Position numbers and translations under genes: made by a program. A stretch of DNA of 64,000 nucleotides, taken from NCBI GenBank assembly GCA_964369405.1, contig CAYJGB010000001.1, forward strand, positions 98,408 to 162,407, read 5' to 3'. The DNA comes from an uncultured Eubacteriales bacterium. GTDB taxonomy: Bacteria; Bacillota; Clostridia; Oscillospirales; Acutalibacteraceae. The notes beneath the pieces are model-generated. The model made no database searches. It was not told the DNA's origin and saw nothing but the letters and a program-made list of their open reading frames with translations. Positions 46,179 through 55,028 of this stretch are shown piece by piece; position 1 is the first letter of the stretch, and every line of letters begins with the position of its first letter.

Positions 46179-47744
46179 TTAAGTAAGCATTATTGGAGCG
46201 TGTGGACCTAGTGGAATACCGAGCAACATCCATATAACTAACATAATAGACCAACCAACTAAAAATACAATTGTATACGGTAACATGGTAGATATAACAG
46301 TACCCATACCAATTTTTTTATCATATTGTTGAGCGAATACAATAATCATCGCAAAATACGCCATAATCGGAGAAATAATATTAGTTGAAGAATCACCAAT
46401 ACGGTAAGCTACTTGCACTAATTCAGGAGAATATCCAACAGACATAAACATAGGGATAAATATTGGAGCTAAAATAGCCCATTTAGCACCAGCCGAGCCC
46501 ATAACTAAGTTTATAATAGCAGAGAGAATAATAAATATAATTATTACTACAAAACCATTTATTCCAGAAGATTTTAAAATATCAGCACCATAAATGGCGA
46601 TGATAGTACCTAAATTAGAATAAGAAAAATAAGCTGCAAATTGAGCACAAACAAATACAAGAGCAATAAAAGGACCCATAGTAGACATAGTTTTTCCCAT
46701 TTGAGTAGCTATATCTTTTTCACTTTTAAATGTTTTAGAAACTTTGCCATATACAACAGATGGTATAAAAAACATTATAGATAGTATGACAATAATTGAG
46801 GACATAAATGGAGAATTTTCAGTTATTGAACCTGTATCAGGATTTCTTAAAAATGATTCAGGAGGTAGTAATACTGCTAAAAGTAAAACGACCAAACCTA
46901 AAAGAGTAAGGTTAGCCCATTTAAGAGCTTTTTTTTCAAGAGGAGTTATTACCTTTAAATTCATTGTGTTAGCATCTAGCCTAGCATGTTCAGTATTATA
47001 TTTACCTAGTCTAGGTTCGATTATTTTATTTGTAACTATTGTTCCGAGTATTGTGATTAGAAAAGTTGATACAAACATAAAATACCAATTTGAAGTTGCA
47101 TTTACAGTATAGTTTGGATCTATAATTCTAGCGGCTTCAGTGCTAATACCTGCAAGAGTTGGGTCGATAGTACCAATAATTAGATTGGCACTAAATCCAC
47201 CAGAAACGCCAGCGAAAGCAGCAGCAAGACCTGCGATAGGGTGTCTGCCACACGTTAAGAATATTAGAGCACCAAGTGGAACAAGTATAACATAGCCAGC
47301 ATCAGAAGCGATATTTGACATAATACCTAAAAATACAACCATAGGAGTAATTAGTTTTGCAGGTGTTAAGGCAATAGCTTTTTTAAGTAAAGTTGAAATG
47401 TAACCACTGCCTTCAGCTAAGCCAATACCAAACATAGATACAAGAACGACACCTAGTGGAGCAAATTCAATAAAATTACTTATAGCAGTTGTAAGCATAT
47501 AAACAATACCATCTGGGCTTAATAAACTTACAACATTGATAGTTTGCGTTTCTAATTTATGAGTTTCAGAGTTAATCATATCACCAGTTACACTAAAATC
47601 AAATGCAGCTAATATAGCTGATAGTACAATGATTATTAAACATAAAATAGCAAAAATTGTAATAGGGTGAGGTAACTTATTACCTGTTTTTTCAATAATA
47701 TTAAGAAATGACATTGTTTTCGTCTGTTTTTTCTTCTTTTCCAT
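46179..47744 (-). CDS. abgT: AbgT-family transporter (p-aminobenzoyl-glutamate/antimetabolite efflux family)
   Basis: 521 aa, polytopic. N-terminus FLNIIEKTGNKLPHP is typical of AbgT. GGAGG RBS. Confidence 0.8.
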   Translation of the reverse strand: MEKKKKQTKTMSFLNIIEKTGNKLPHPITIFAILCLIIIVLSAILAAFDFSVTGDMINSETHKLETQTINVVSLLSPDGIVYMLTTAISNFIEFAPLGVVLVSMFGIGLAEGSGYISTLLKKAIALTPAKLITPMVVFLGIMSNIASDAGYVILVPLGALIFLTCGRHPIAGLAAAFAGVSGGFSANLIIGTIDPTLAGISTEAARIIDPNYTVNATSNWYFMFVSTFLITILGTIVTNKIIEPRLGKYNTEHARLDANTMNLKVITPLEKKALKWANLTLLGLVVLLLAVLLPPESFLRNPDTGSITENSPFMSSIIVILSIMFFIPSVVYGKVSKTFKSEKDIATQMGKTMSTMGPFIALVFVCAQFAAYFSYSNLGTIIAIYGADILKSSGINGFVVIIIFIILSAIINLVMGSAGAKWAILAPIFIPMFMSVGYSPELVQVAYRIGDSSTNIISPIMAYFAMIIVFAQQYDKKIGMGTVISTMLPYTIVFLVGWSIMLVIWMLLGIPLGPHAPIMLT

Positions 47745-47987
47745 TTTAACGCCTCCATACGTTTCGAGCTTATAAAGTAAACTATATCAAAAATTGCAAT
47801 AAAAAGCAATTTTTTTTTAGAAAAATGTAAATTTTGAAAAAAATTTATAAAACAAACAATATGTTTTTTAAAAATTATGCAATATATATAAAACACAGAC
47901 AGCTTAAATGTTCTTTTTTCACGTTGTATCAACAATATATGTATATATAAAAAAATCGGAATTATTAAATTAAAAATAATAAAATGC

Positions 47988-48016
47988 TTGACAGTGACTT
48001 CTTTTTGTGATAAAAT
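47988..48016 (+). promoter_or_regulatory. promoter of the tRNA operon
   Basis: TTGACA (47988-47993), 17-nt spacer with TGtGa, TAAAAT (48011-48016), 30 nt before the first tRNA. Confidence 0.65.
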
Positions 48017-48046
48017 ATAATCCGTCGCTAGAAGATGACATTATTT

Positions 48047-48120
48047 GCGGATGTAGTTTAGTGGTAGAACTTCAGCCTTCCAAGCTGATCGTGTGGGTTC
48101 GATTCCCATCATCCGCTCCA
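48047..48120 (+). tRNA. tRNA-Gly (anticodon TCC)
   Basis: Acceptor GCGGATG/CATCCGC. Anticodon arm TCAGC-CTTCCAA-GCTGA. T-loop GGTTCGATTCC. Encoded CCA. Confidence 0.9.
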
Positions 48121-48151
48121 AAAGATTTTAATTTAATAATCTTAAACTTAT

Positions 48152-48228
48152 GTGCCAATAGCTCAGCCGGATAGAGCAACTGCCTTCTAAGCAGTAGGTC
48201 AGGGGTTCGAATCCCTTTTGGCACGCCA
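48152..48228 (+). tRNA. tRNA-Arg (anticodon TCT)
   Basis: Acceptor GTGCCAA/TTGGCAC. Anticodon arm ACTGC-CTTCTAA-GCAGT. T-loop GGTTCGAATCC. Encoded CCA. Confidence 0.9.
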
Positions 48229-48266
48229 ATGGTGACTAAGAATTTTATTCTTAATCACCATTATAT

Positions 48267-48344
48267 GGTGGATATAGCTTAGTCGGTTAAAGCGCCAGTT
48301 TGTGGCACTGGAGATCGTCGGTTCGAATCCGATTATCCACCCCA
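48267..48344 (+). tRNA. tRNA-His (anticodon GTG)
   Basis: Extra 5' G(-1) then GTGGATA/TATCCAC. Anticodon arm CCAGT-TTGTGGC-ACTGG. Encoded CCA. Confidence 0.9.
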
Positions 48345-48347
48345 TAT

Positions 48348-48423
48348 GATTCATTAGCTCAGCTGGCAGAGCACTTGACTTTTAATCAAGGTGTCCGGAG
48401 TTCGATTCTCCGATGAGTCACCA
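48348..48423 (+). tRNA. tRNA-Lys (anticodon TTT)
   Basis: Acceptor GATTCAT/ATGAGTC (one G-U pair). Anticodon arm CTTGA-CTTTTAA-TCAAG. Encoded CCA. Confidence 0.9.
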
Positions 48424-48455
48424 TTAGACGGACAAGTATAAACTTGTCCGTCTAA
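48424..48455 (+). other. strong hairpin inside the tRNA cluster (processing site or internal terminator)
   Basis: 14-bp perfect stem TTAGACGGACAAGT/ACTTGTCCGTCTAA starting immediately after tRNA-Lys. A weaker hairpin lies at 48231-48259 after tRNA-Arg. Confidence 0.5.
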
Positions 48456-48475
48456 TCAAAATTTATTATTAATAT

Positions 48476-48550
48476 TGGGCTATCGCCAAGCGGTAAGGCA
48501 ACGGACTTTGACTCCGTCAGTCGCTAGTTCGAATCTAGCTAGCCCAGCCA
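48476..48550 (+). tRNA. tRNA-Gln (anticodon TTG)
   Basis: Acceptor TGGGCTA/TAGCCCA. Anticodon arm ACGGA-CTTTGAC-TCCGT. Encoded CCA. Confidence 0.9.
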
Positions 48551-48553
48551 AAG

Positions 48554-48599
48554 AAAACACTTAGTAGATGAATTTATCTTTCGTTTACTAAGTGTTTTT
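48554..48599. terminator. terminator after the tRNA operon (also 3' of the convergent ADH gene)
   Basis: AAAACACTTAGTA (48554-48566) pairs with TACTAAGTGTTTT (48587-48599). Confidence 0.7.
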
Positions 48600-48672
48600 A
48601 TTATATATTAATATATTTTAATTATATTTTGAATATAGGAAATTGTTCACTACATATAATTAAAAAGAATAA

Positions 48673-49839
48673 CTAATTATTCGCCATTGTGTAAATGTTT
48701 TTAATATCTTCTTTGTTTAAAGTCTTGAAATATCCAATAGTACGGTCTGCATATGCACAATTTTCACTTAATTCATTAATTTGATTTTCTGTTAGTGTAA
48801 AACTTAACAAATTTGGAATATTTATTGGCATTTCAATTTCTATAAAGTAATTTTCCATAGCTTCAATACCTTTAATTGCACTCTCAAGAGTGGTTATATC
48901 AAATATTTCTTTTGCAAATTTTTCAAAACGTTCTGGCTTTTCTTTATATACATATCTTGCCCAACTGCCCCAAACTGCTGATAATCCAGCACCGTGAGCA
49001 ACATCAAACATACCAGAAAGCTCATGTTCTAATTGATGAGTTGACCAATCTGAGTTTATACCTAAACCGGTAAGGCTGTTGTGAGATATGCTACCTGCCC
49101 ACATAATTTCAGCACGTGCATTATAATTATTTGGATTGTTCATTAATATTCTGCCATTGTGAATTACAGTTTTAAGTACACTTTGTGCTATTGTGTCTGT
49201 AATCATCATAGTATCATCTGTAGTGAAATATCTCTCTAAAGTGTGCATAATAATATCAACTATTCCACAGCTTGTTTGATATTTTGGTAGTGAATATGTA
49301 AGTTCTGGATTTAGAATTGAAAATTTTGGTCTGATTAAAGGACTACTATATCCTCTTTTTATCATACCTTCATCTTTTGTAATAACACTACTGTCGCTCA
49401 TTTCACTACCTGCAGCAGAAAGTGTTAATATAGAAGCTACAGGTAAAGCATTAGTTGCTACAGTCGATTTATTATAGAAATCCCATACATCATTGTCGTA
49501 GTATACACCTATAGCAATAGCTTTAGCTGAATCTATAACACTACCACCACCTACAGCCAAGATAAAATCAACATTTTCAGTTTTACAAATTTCTATTCCA
49601 ATATTTACAAGAGATAGGCGAGGATTTGGAACAACTCCACCTAACTCAACAAATTTTATATTGTTGTTTGTAAGACATTTTTTAACTGTTGATAACAACC
49701 CAGATTTATCAGCACTAGCACCACCGAAATGTAGCAATACTTTAGTGGCATTGTATTTTTTTAGTAATGTTCCAACTTGATTTTCAGTATTTGCACCAAA
49801 AACTATTTCAGTAGGAGCATAAAAAGTGAAATTATTCAT
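48673..49839 (-). CDS. iron-containing alcohol dehydrogenase (butanol dehydrogenase-like)
   Basis: FGGASADKSG, AVGGGSVIDSAK, and a His-rich metal site (HxxxH: HQLEHELSGMFDVAHGAG). 388 aa. Confidence 0.85.
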   Translation of the reverse strand: MNNFTFYAPTEIVFGANTENQVGTLLKKYNATKVLLHFGGASADKSGLLSTVKKCLTNNNIKFVELGGVVPNPRLSLVNIGIEICKTENVDFILAVGGGSVIDSAKAIAIGVYYDNDVWDFYNKSTVATNALPVASILTLSAAGSEMSDSSVITKDEGMIKRGYSSPLIRPKFSILNPELTYSLPKYQTSCGIVDIIMHTLERYFTTDDTMMITDTIAQSVLKTVIHNGRILMNNPNNYNARAEIMWAGSISHNSLTGLGINSDWSTHQLEHELSGMFDVAHGAGLSAVWGSWARYVYKEKPERFEKFAKEIFDITTLESAIKGIEAMENYFIEIEMPINIPNLLSFTLTENQINELSENCAYADRTIGYFKTLNKEDIKNIYTMANN

Positions 49840-50164
49840 ATGCTTTCTCCTTGTTAAAGTTATTTATAATTATTATAATTCTAAAAATATAAATTATCAA
49901 GTAAAAACAATAAAATACATTAAATTTTGAATAAATTTTATAAAAAAATAGATGGTTTTACAAAAAAATTGCTTATTTTACTATAATGTGATATAATAAT
50001 GTATAAGTAAATACTTAGGGGTGGATTTAATAAAAAACTATTAAAGAAAGTAGTACTTTCTAATTCAATTTGTTTATTATAAGTAAATAGGAGGCATATA
50101 TATTTGTTTTATAGGTTAATATAAACAAATTGAAAAATTTTTTATTATAAATTTACAAAAAATA

Positions 50165-50193
50165 TTGCAAGTATTGAGTAGATATGCTATTAT
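50165..50193 (+). promoter_or_regulatory. putative promoter upstream of the Pel-like locus
   Basis: TTGCAA (50165-50170), 17-nt spacer, TATTAT (50188-50193). Confidence 0.3.
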
Positions 50194-50331
50194 ATATTTA
50201 AATTTGACTTTTTTAGGTTTGAATTATTGTATATAATCACTAAATGTTTGTTATATTTTAATAGAAAAGTATTTTTACATAATCGTTAAGATGGTTTTTA
50301 AAATTTTCTAGTATATATGGGGGTATATAAT

Positions 50332-50736
50332 ATGAACATATTTATCACATTAGTCGCTGTAATTGTTGGAATATTCATTATTTTTTGGGTAACAAGAGCA
50401 ACAAAAAATAAACAAATGAACGAAATATATGCACTGGTTTGGATAATTGGTGGAGTTGGTATTATTATTTTAGGTATTCAACCACATATACTTAATTGGT
50501 TTGCTGAACTATTAGGTATTTTCTGGCCTCCTTCAGTTTTAATTTTCTTCTTGTTAGTTTTAGTGTTTTTAATGTTATTTAATCATTCTAAAACTGCTTC
50601 TACATTAACTAATCAAGTTACTGAACTTACAATTCAAGTATCGTTATTAAAAAGTGAAAATGAAAAATTAAAAGAGAAAATCTCTAATAAATATGACGAT
50701 TTTGATAATTTGTTAGATGATGATATTTTAGATTAA
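50332..50736 (+). CDS. small membrane protein, DUF2304-like (usually partnered with a GT2)
   Basis: Three or four TM segments followed by a coiled-coil tail (LTNQVTELTIQVSLLKSENEKLKEK). ATG at 50332 follows GGGGG. The DUF assignment is from memory of the family pattern. Confidence 0.55.
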   Translation: MNIFITLVAVIVGIFIIFWVTRATKNKQMNEIYALVWIIGGVGIIILGIQPHILNWFAELLGIFWPPSVLIFFLLVLVFLMLFNHSKTASTLTNQVTELTIQVSLLKSENEKLKEKISNKYDDFDNLLDDDILD

Positions 50737-50821
50737 ATATTTATTTTTAAATTATATACATTATATTGTATATAATAATGTAATGGGGTTCTTAATGAAT
50801 AATTAAGTTGGGTGAATTTAT

Positions 50822-52996
50822 TTGAATATTTTAGTATGTAGTAGAAATAATGAATTTCTTTCTAATCTGGCACATAGATTAAAAAATGAAAATCATGAAA
50901 TATACTTGCTTACTGGTGAACATGTTGTTAAAGATAGGCGTATACCTAAAGTTTTCCAAAAATATGATTTTACGTACAGTGATGAAAACGTTGTAAAGGT
51001 TATGAATAACATATCGATTGATTTACTAGTTATTGCAGGTTACATGGATTTTGATTTTACGGAAGAAAGCTCACAAAAAAAATCAATTGAATATATAACA
51101 GGAATGACCAATTTAATTTTGAGTGCGAAGTCTGCCAATGTAAAAAGAGTTATTTATTGTTCTAGCTTACGAATTTTTGAAGACAATGTTGAAGAGTATA
51201 TTTCTAAAGACACTAGACCAGTAACTAATAGCTTTGAAAGTGGTGCATTATCTCAGATAGATGCATTTATAACATCTTGTCGCGAAGAGGGTGAGTTTGA
51301 TGTTGTAAATATTAGATTTCCAGAAATATATGGTAACTTTTCTTATGACCAATTTACTGATGATTTTTGTACAAATATGATTTTAAATCGTGTTGATAAT
51401 AAAACAGTAAAGTACAATCCCAACGCTAAACATATGGTTTTAGGCGTTCAAGATGCGGTTCATGCATTGATTAATGCAATAAGTAGTGAAGAGAAAAATG
51501 AACTTTATCATATAGAAGGTGAAGTCTGCAGAGAAGTAGATATTGCAAATATTGTAGTTAAACAAGGTAAGGGTAAAAATAATGTACCAGAAGAAGTAGT
51601 AGGAAGAACGCCAGATAAATTATTTCCACTAAGTGTATTAGAGGCTGATAATAAAAAGTTGCATTTAAAATCAAAATATACACTTGCAGAAGAAGTACCT
51701 CAAATATACAAAAAAATTAGTAAGTATAGAGAAAATTTAACTGAAAAGAAAGAACAATCTTCTTTAAAAAAAGTTATTAGAACAATTTTAGAAACTTCTG
51801 TATTTTTCTTATTAGTTGTTTTCTTAGAATATCTAGTATATTCTTTAGCATTAGAAATTGACATCAATTTTTACCTTTTATTTGTTATTATTGTTGCTGT
51901 TATTTATGGTGTTAGTTATGCTATGTTTGCTACAGTGCTATCGGTACTTGGAAACATATTCTTTGTTGTATCAGATTTAGTCATAACGTCCTCAAATGTA
52001 GGTTATGATTTATTTATACAAGTCTTGCAATTAGTATTATGTGGTGTAATTGTTGGACTAATGCGAGATAATTATAAAAGAAAAAACTTGAATTTAGAAG
52101 AAATTAATCAATACAACGTTGAACAACTAGCTGATGTTACTAGGATTAACGAGAGTAATGTGTATGTTAAAAATATTTATGAAAAAAGAATTTCTGCTTA
52201 TAGTAACAACTTAGCTAGAATGTATCATATTATTAGCCAATTAAGTTTTTTAGATGCAAGAAAAGTTATATTCCAAACAGCAAAAGTTGTAAGCGAGTTT
52301 ATAGAAACAGAACACGTTGCAATTTATGTTTCAAGTAAAAACTCAAATATGTATAGACTAGCAGCACATACATCATCAAAAGGCGTAGAAATGGGAAAGT
52401 CTTTACGAGTAGATGATTCTTCATTTTTCTTTGATGCAATGAATAATCATGAAGTTTATATGAATAGACATTTTGATGTTGAATATCCTTCATATGTAAG
52501 TGCTATTTATGGCGAAGGAGAAAAAGTTGATGCTATTATTATGATATGGGCAATGCGACTTGATCAAATTAGCTTGTATCAAAGTACAATTATATCAATT
52601 CTTAGTAGACTGGTCGAAAAAACAATGATTAGTGCAGTTCAATACGAGAACTTGTATTTTGATAATTCGTATATTAAAAATACTAGAATCATGAATATTG
52701 ATGCATTTAAAGAAAAAATAGAAGTATATCAAAACGGGTATGAAATGGGATTGATTTCTTATACTATAATCAAACCTTATCCTCCTAAGGGTAAAAAAGT
52801 AGAAGATATATTTGAACAGGCTCAAAAATTAGTTAGAGATACAGACTATCTTGGTAGCGATATGGAAAATTTATATATAATTTTATCTAATTCAGATTTA
52901 AATGATACTAAATTCGTTACAGATAGATTTAATAGTAATGATATTTTTGTTGAGATTATTGAAAAAGATGTATTAGTGGGGGAAAAAATTGAATGA
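50822..52996 (+). CDS. pelD: PelD-like c-di-GMP receptor: degenerate SDR/epimerase domain + 4 TM + GAF-like + degenerate GGDEF domain
   Basis: The N-terminal Rossmann-like fold lacks a Gly motif (MNILVCSRNNEF). 4 TM segments at about aa 320-415. In the C-terminal domain RDTD (52835-52846) lies 5 residues before MENLY (52862-52876), which occupies the GGDEF position. Followed by pelE/F/G-like genes. Confidence 0.65.
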   Translation: MNILVCSRNNEFLSNLAHRLKNENHEIYLLTGEHVVKDRRIPKVFQKYDFTYSDENVVKVMNNISIDLLVIAGYMDFDFTEESSQKKSIEYITGMTNLILSAKSANVKRVIYCSSLRIFEDNVEEYISKDTRPVTNSFESGALSQIDAFITSCREEGEFDVVNIRFPEIYGNFSYDQFTDDFCTNMILNRVDNKTVKYNPNAKHMVLGVQDAVHALINAISSEEKNELYHIEGEVCREVDIANIVVKQGKGKNNVPEEVVGRTPDKLFPLSVLEADNKKLHLKSKYTLAEEVPQIYKKISKYRENLTEKKEQSSLKKVIRTILETSVFFLLVVFLEYLVYSLALEIDINFYLLFVIIVAVIYGVSYAMFATVLSVLGNIFFVVSDLVITSSNVGYDLFIQVLQLVLCGVIVGLMRDNYKRKNLNLEEINQYNVEQLADVTRINESNVYVKNIYEKRISAYSNNLARMYHIISQLSFLDARKVIFQTAKVVSEFIETEHVAIYVSSKNSNMYRLAAHTSSKGVEMGKSLRVDDSSFFFDAMNNHEVYMNRHFDVEYPSYVSAIYGEGEKVDAIIMIWAMRLDQISLYQSTIISILSRLVEKTMISAVQYENLYFDNSYIKNTRIMNIDAFKEKIEVYQNGYEMGLISYTIIKPYPPKGKKVEDIFEQAQKLVRDTDYLGSDMENLYIILSNSDLNDTKFVTDRFNSNDIFVEIIEKDVLVGEKIE

Positions 52997-53933
52997 GTTT
53001 TTAGAAATTGTTGACCAGTATTGGCAAGTAATAGACACATTTTTAATTTTTGTGATAGTAAATGCTATAATTGCTGTTTTATGCTATATTTTATATAGAT
53101 TTAAACGCAATAAACATAAGGCAATAACAGTGTCTTTATTTATTTTGTTTGCTCCGATGATAGGAATATTATGTATAATATTAGCTCAACTATATAACTT
53201 TATATTTTATAGAAAAAATGCTAAGGATTTAAGCATTGACGAGCTAAGTATGAGCTTAGACAGAGTAAAAGAAGTTGTTGATATTGATATACAAAAAGAG
53301 GCAGACAGAATACCATTAAAAGAAGCTATGTTGGTATCTGACAGCAAAAACAGACGTAAAGTATTGCTTGAAATTCTTAAAAGAGAGAAAGACCCAGCAG
53401 TACTAAGTATTATTAAAGAGGCGACTAAAGATGAAGATACAGAAGTATCTCATTATGCTATTACTTTTATTACAGATACTTTAACATCTTACAGAAAAAA
53501 AGAAGAAGAAGCACTGTATTTTTTAGAAGACCACCCAAGCACAGTTGCTAGAATTAAATATATTGACTGTCTGTGCGAGATACTTCAACCAGGTTATTTT
53601 ACTGATTTTGAACAAGAAAAATATACGATAAGTTTAGATGAACAGATTGAAATTTTAAGAAAAGAAGATAAAAATGCTGTTGACGGTAAGCTTATAAAAA
53701 ATATTGTAGAACTGTGGTATCAGCTAGACAATATGCCGAAAGTAGATGAATATATAGCATTAGCTAAAGAAATTTCCACAAAAGACTTAGTAGCAGCTAA
53801 AATATGTTTAAGGTATTATTACTTAAATCAAAATAGAGAAGAATTTACAAAATTACTACTTGAGATTAAAGTATCGACAATGGAAATTGATAGTGAAGTG
53901 CTTGACTGGATAAGATTTTTTAATATTATTTAA
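52989..53933 (+). CDS. pelE: PelE-like protein (2 TM + helical-repeat domain)
   Basis: TTG start overlaps the pelD stop by 8 nt, after GTGGGGGA. Two N-terminal TM helices, then an all-helical TPR-like region. Assigned by position and architecture only. Confidence 0.45.
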   Translation: MNEFLEIVDQYWQVIDTFLIFVIVNAIIAVLCYILYRFKRNKHKAITVSLFILFAPMIGILCIILAQLYNFIFYRKNAKDLSIDELSMSLDRVKEVVDIDIQKEADRIPLKEAMLVSDSKNRRKVLLEILKREKDPAVLSIIKEATKDEDTEVSHYAITFITDTLTSYRKKEEEALYFLEDHPSTVARIKYIDCLCEILQPGYFTDFEQEKYTISLDEQIEILRKEDKNAVDGKLIKNIVELWYQLDNMPKVDEYIALAKEISTKDLVAAKICLRYYYLNQNREEFTKLLLEIKVSTMEIDSEVLDWIRFFNII

Positions 53934-53966
53934 AATAAAAAGATATATACTGAGGAGGTAAAAGTT

Positions 53967-54710
53967 ATGAGGAAAGATATATTGTTAATATTACCAGCAT
54001 ATAATGAAGGAAAAAACATTGGCAAAGTTATTGATAATTTAAAAAATAATAATGTTTTTAATAAAATGGATGTTTTAATTATTAATGATGGTTCTGCTGA
54101 CGATACAGAGGAAGTAGTAAAATCTAAAGGTGTAGAAATTATTTCTCAAGTATATAATTTAGGGTATGGAGCAACACTCCAAACAGGATATAAATACGCT
54201 GACGAGAAGGGCTATAAGTATTTACTACAAATGGACGCTGATGGTCAACATGACGTTAAAAACTTAGATAGAATAATAGATAAATTGATTAACAGTAACT
54301 CGAATTCTAAAAAACCAAATATTGTTATTGGTACGAGATTTTTAAAAGGTAGCGAGTCGTTTTATATATCAAAATTAAAATTATCGGCTATAAAACTATT
54401 TAGATATGTAATTAAAGTTTCTACCGGATATGTTTTAACTGACCCTACAAGTGGCTTAATGGGATTAGACCGTGATGCTTTCTCTTATTATTCAAAATAC
54501 ATGCATTTCGATACAAAATATCCTGATTTAAATATGATAGTACAGATGATTTTATTAGGATTTCATATAGAAGAAATACCAGCAATTATGCATAAAAGAG
54601 AAGAGGGTCAATCAATGCACGATGGACTATTTAATGTTGGTAAATATATGCTAGTTATGTCACTTAGTACATTTAATGCATACATAAGGTTTAGAAAAGT
54701 TTCTAAATAA
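53967..54710 (+). CDS. family 2 glycosyltransferase (polyprenol-phosphate sugar synthase-like)
   Basis: ILPAYNEGKNIGKVI, INDGSADDT and MDADGQHD (DxD) motifs. 247 aa. GAGGAGG RBS. Confidence 0.85.
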   Translation: MRKDILLILPAYNEGKNIGKVIDNLKNNNVFNKMDVLIINDGSADDTEEVVKSKGVEIISQVYNLGYGATLQTGYKYADEKGYKYLLQMDADGQHDVKNLDRIIDKLINSNSNSKKPNIVIGTRFLKGSESFYISKLKLSAIKLFRYVIKVSTGYVLTDPTSGLMGLDRDAFSYYSKYMHFDTKYPDLNMIVQMILLGFHIEEIPAIMHKREEGQSMHDGLFNVGKYMLVMSLSTFNAYIRFRKVSK

Positions 54711-54746
54711 ATTGGTAAACATTTACTTTTTTAGAAAATTTTGTTT

Positions 54747-54775
54747 TTGTATCAATATATTTACTTGTCTATAAT
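54747..54775 (+). promoter_or_regulatory. putative internal promoter within the Pel-like locus
   Basis: TTGTAT (54747-54752), 17-nt spacer, TATAAT (54770-54775). Lies in a 318-bp non-coding gap. Confidence 0.4.
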
Positions 54776-55028
54776 TTCTATTGATTAATTTTTAATGAGA
54801 TGATAAAATGAAGAAAATCAGAGAGTGATTTATAACTTTATAAAAATATAAAAAAGTGAAGTTTACAAGTTATACGTGATTATTAGCTAGAGCACTGCCT
54901 TCAATTCAACTGAGTGCAGATATGCACTTGATACATCGTTTTTCTAGGAGATGTTTGACTATTTTATAATAAAATAAGTTAAAAAACTAAGTAAATGGCT
55001 TAGTAATTGGTATATGTAATTCTAATAT

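Noticed and set aside
47988-50331. tRNA cluster as the integration site of a genomic island carrying the polysaccharide locus
   Set aside because: There is no integrase, no partial tRNA direct repeat that I could find, and no obvious compositional break. The intervening ADH gene looks like ordinary chromosome.
54711-55028. c-di-GMP riboswitch controlling the Pel-like genes
   Set aside because: I could not find the conserved GEMM-I or c-di-GMP-II core nucleotides by eye. This is kept only as an unexplained structured leader.
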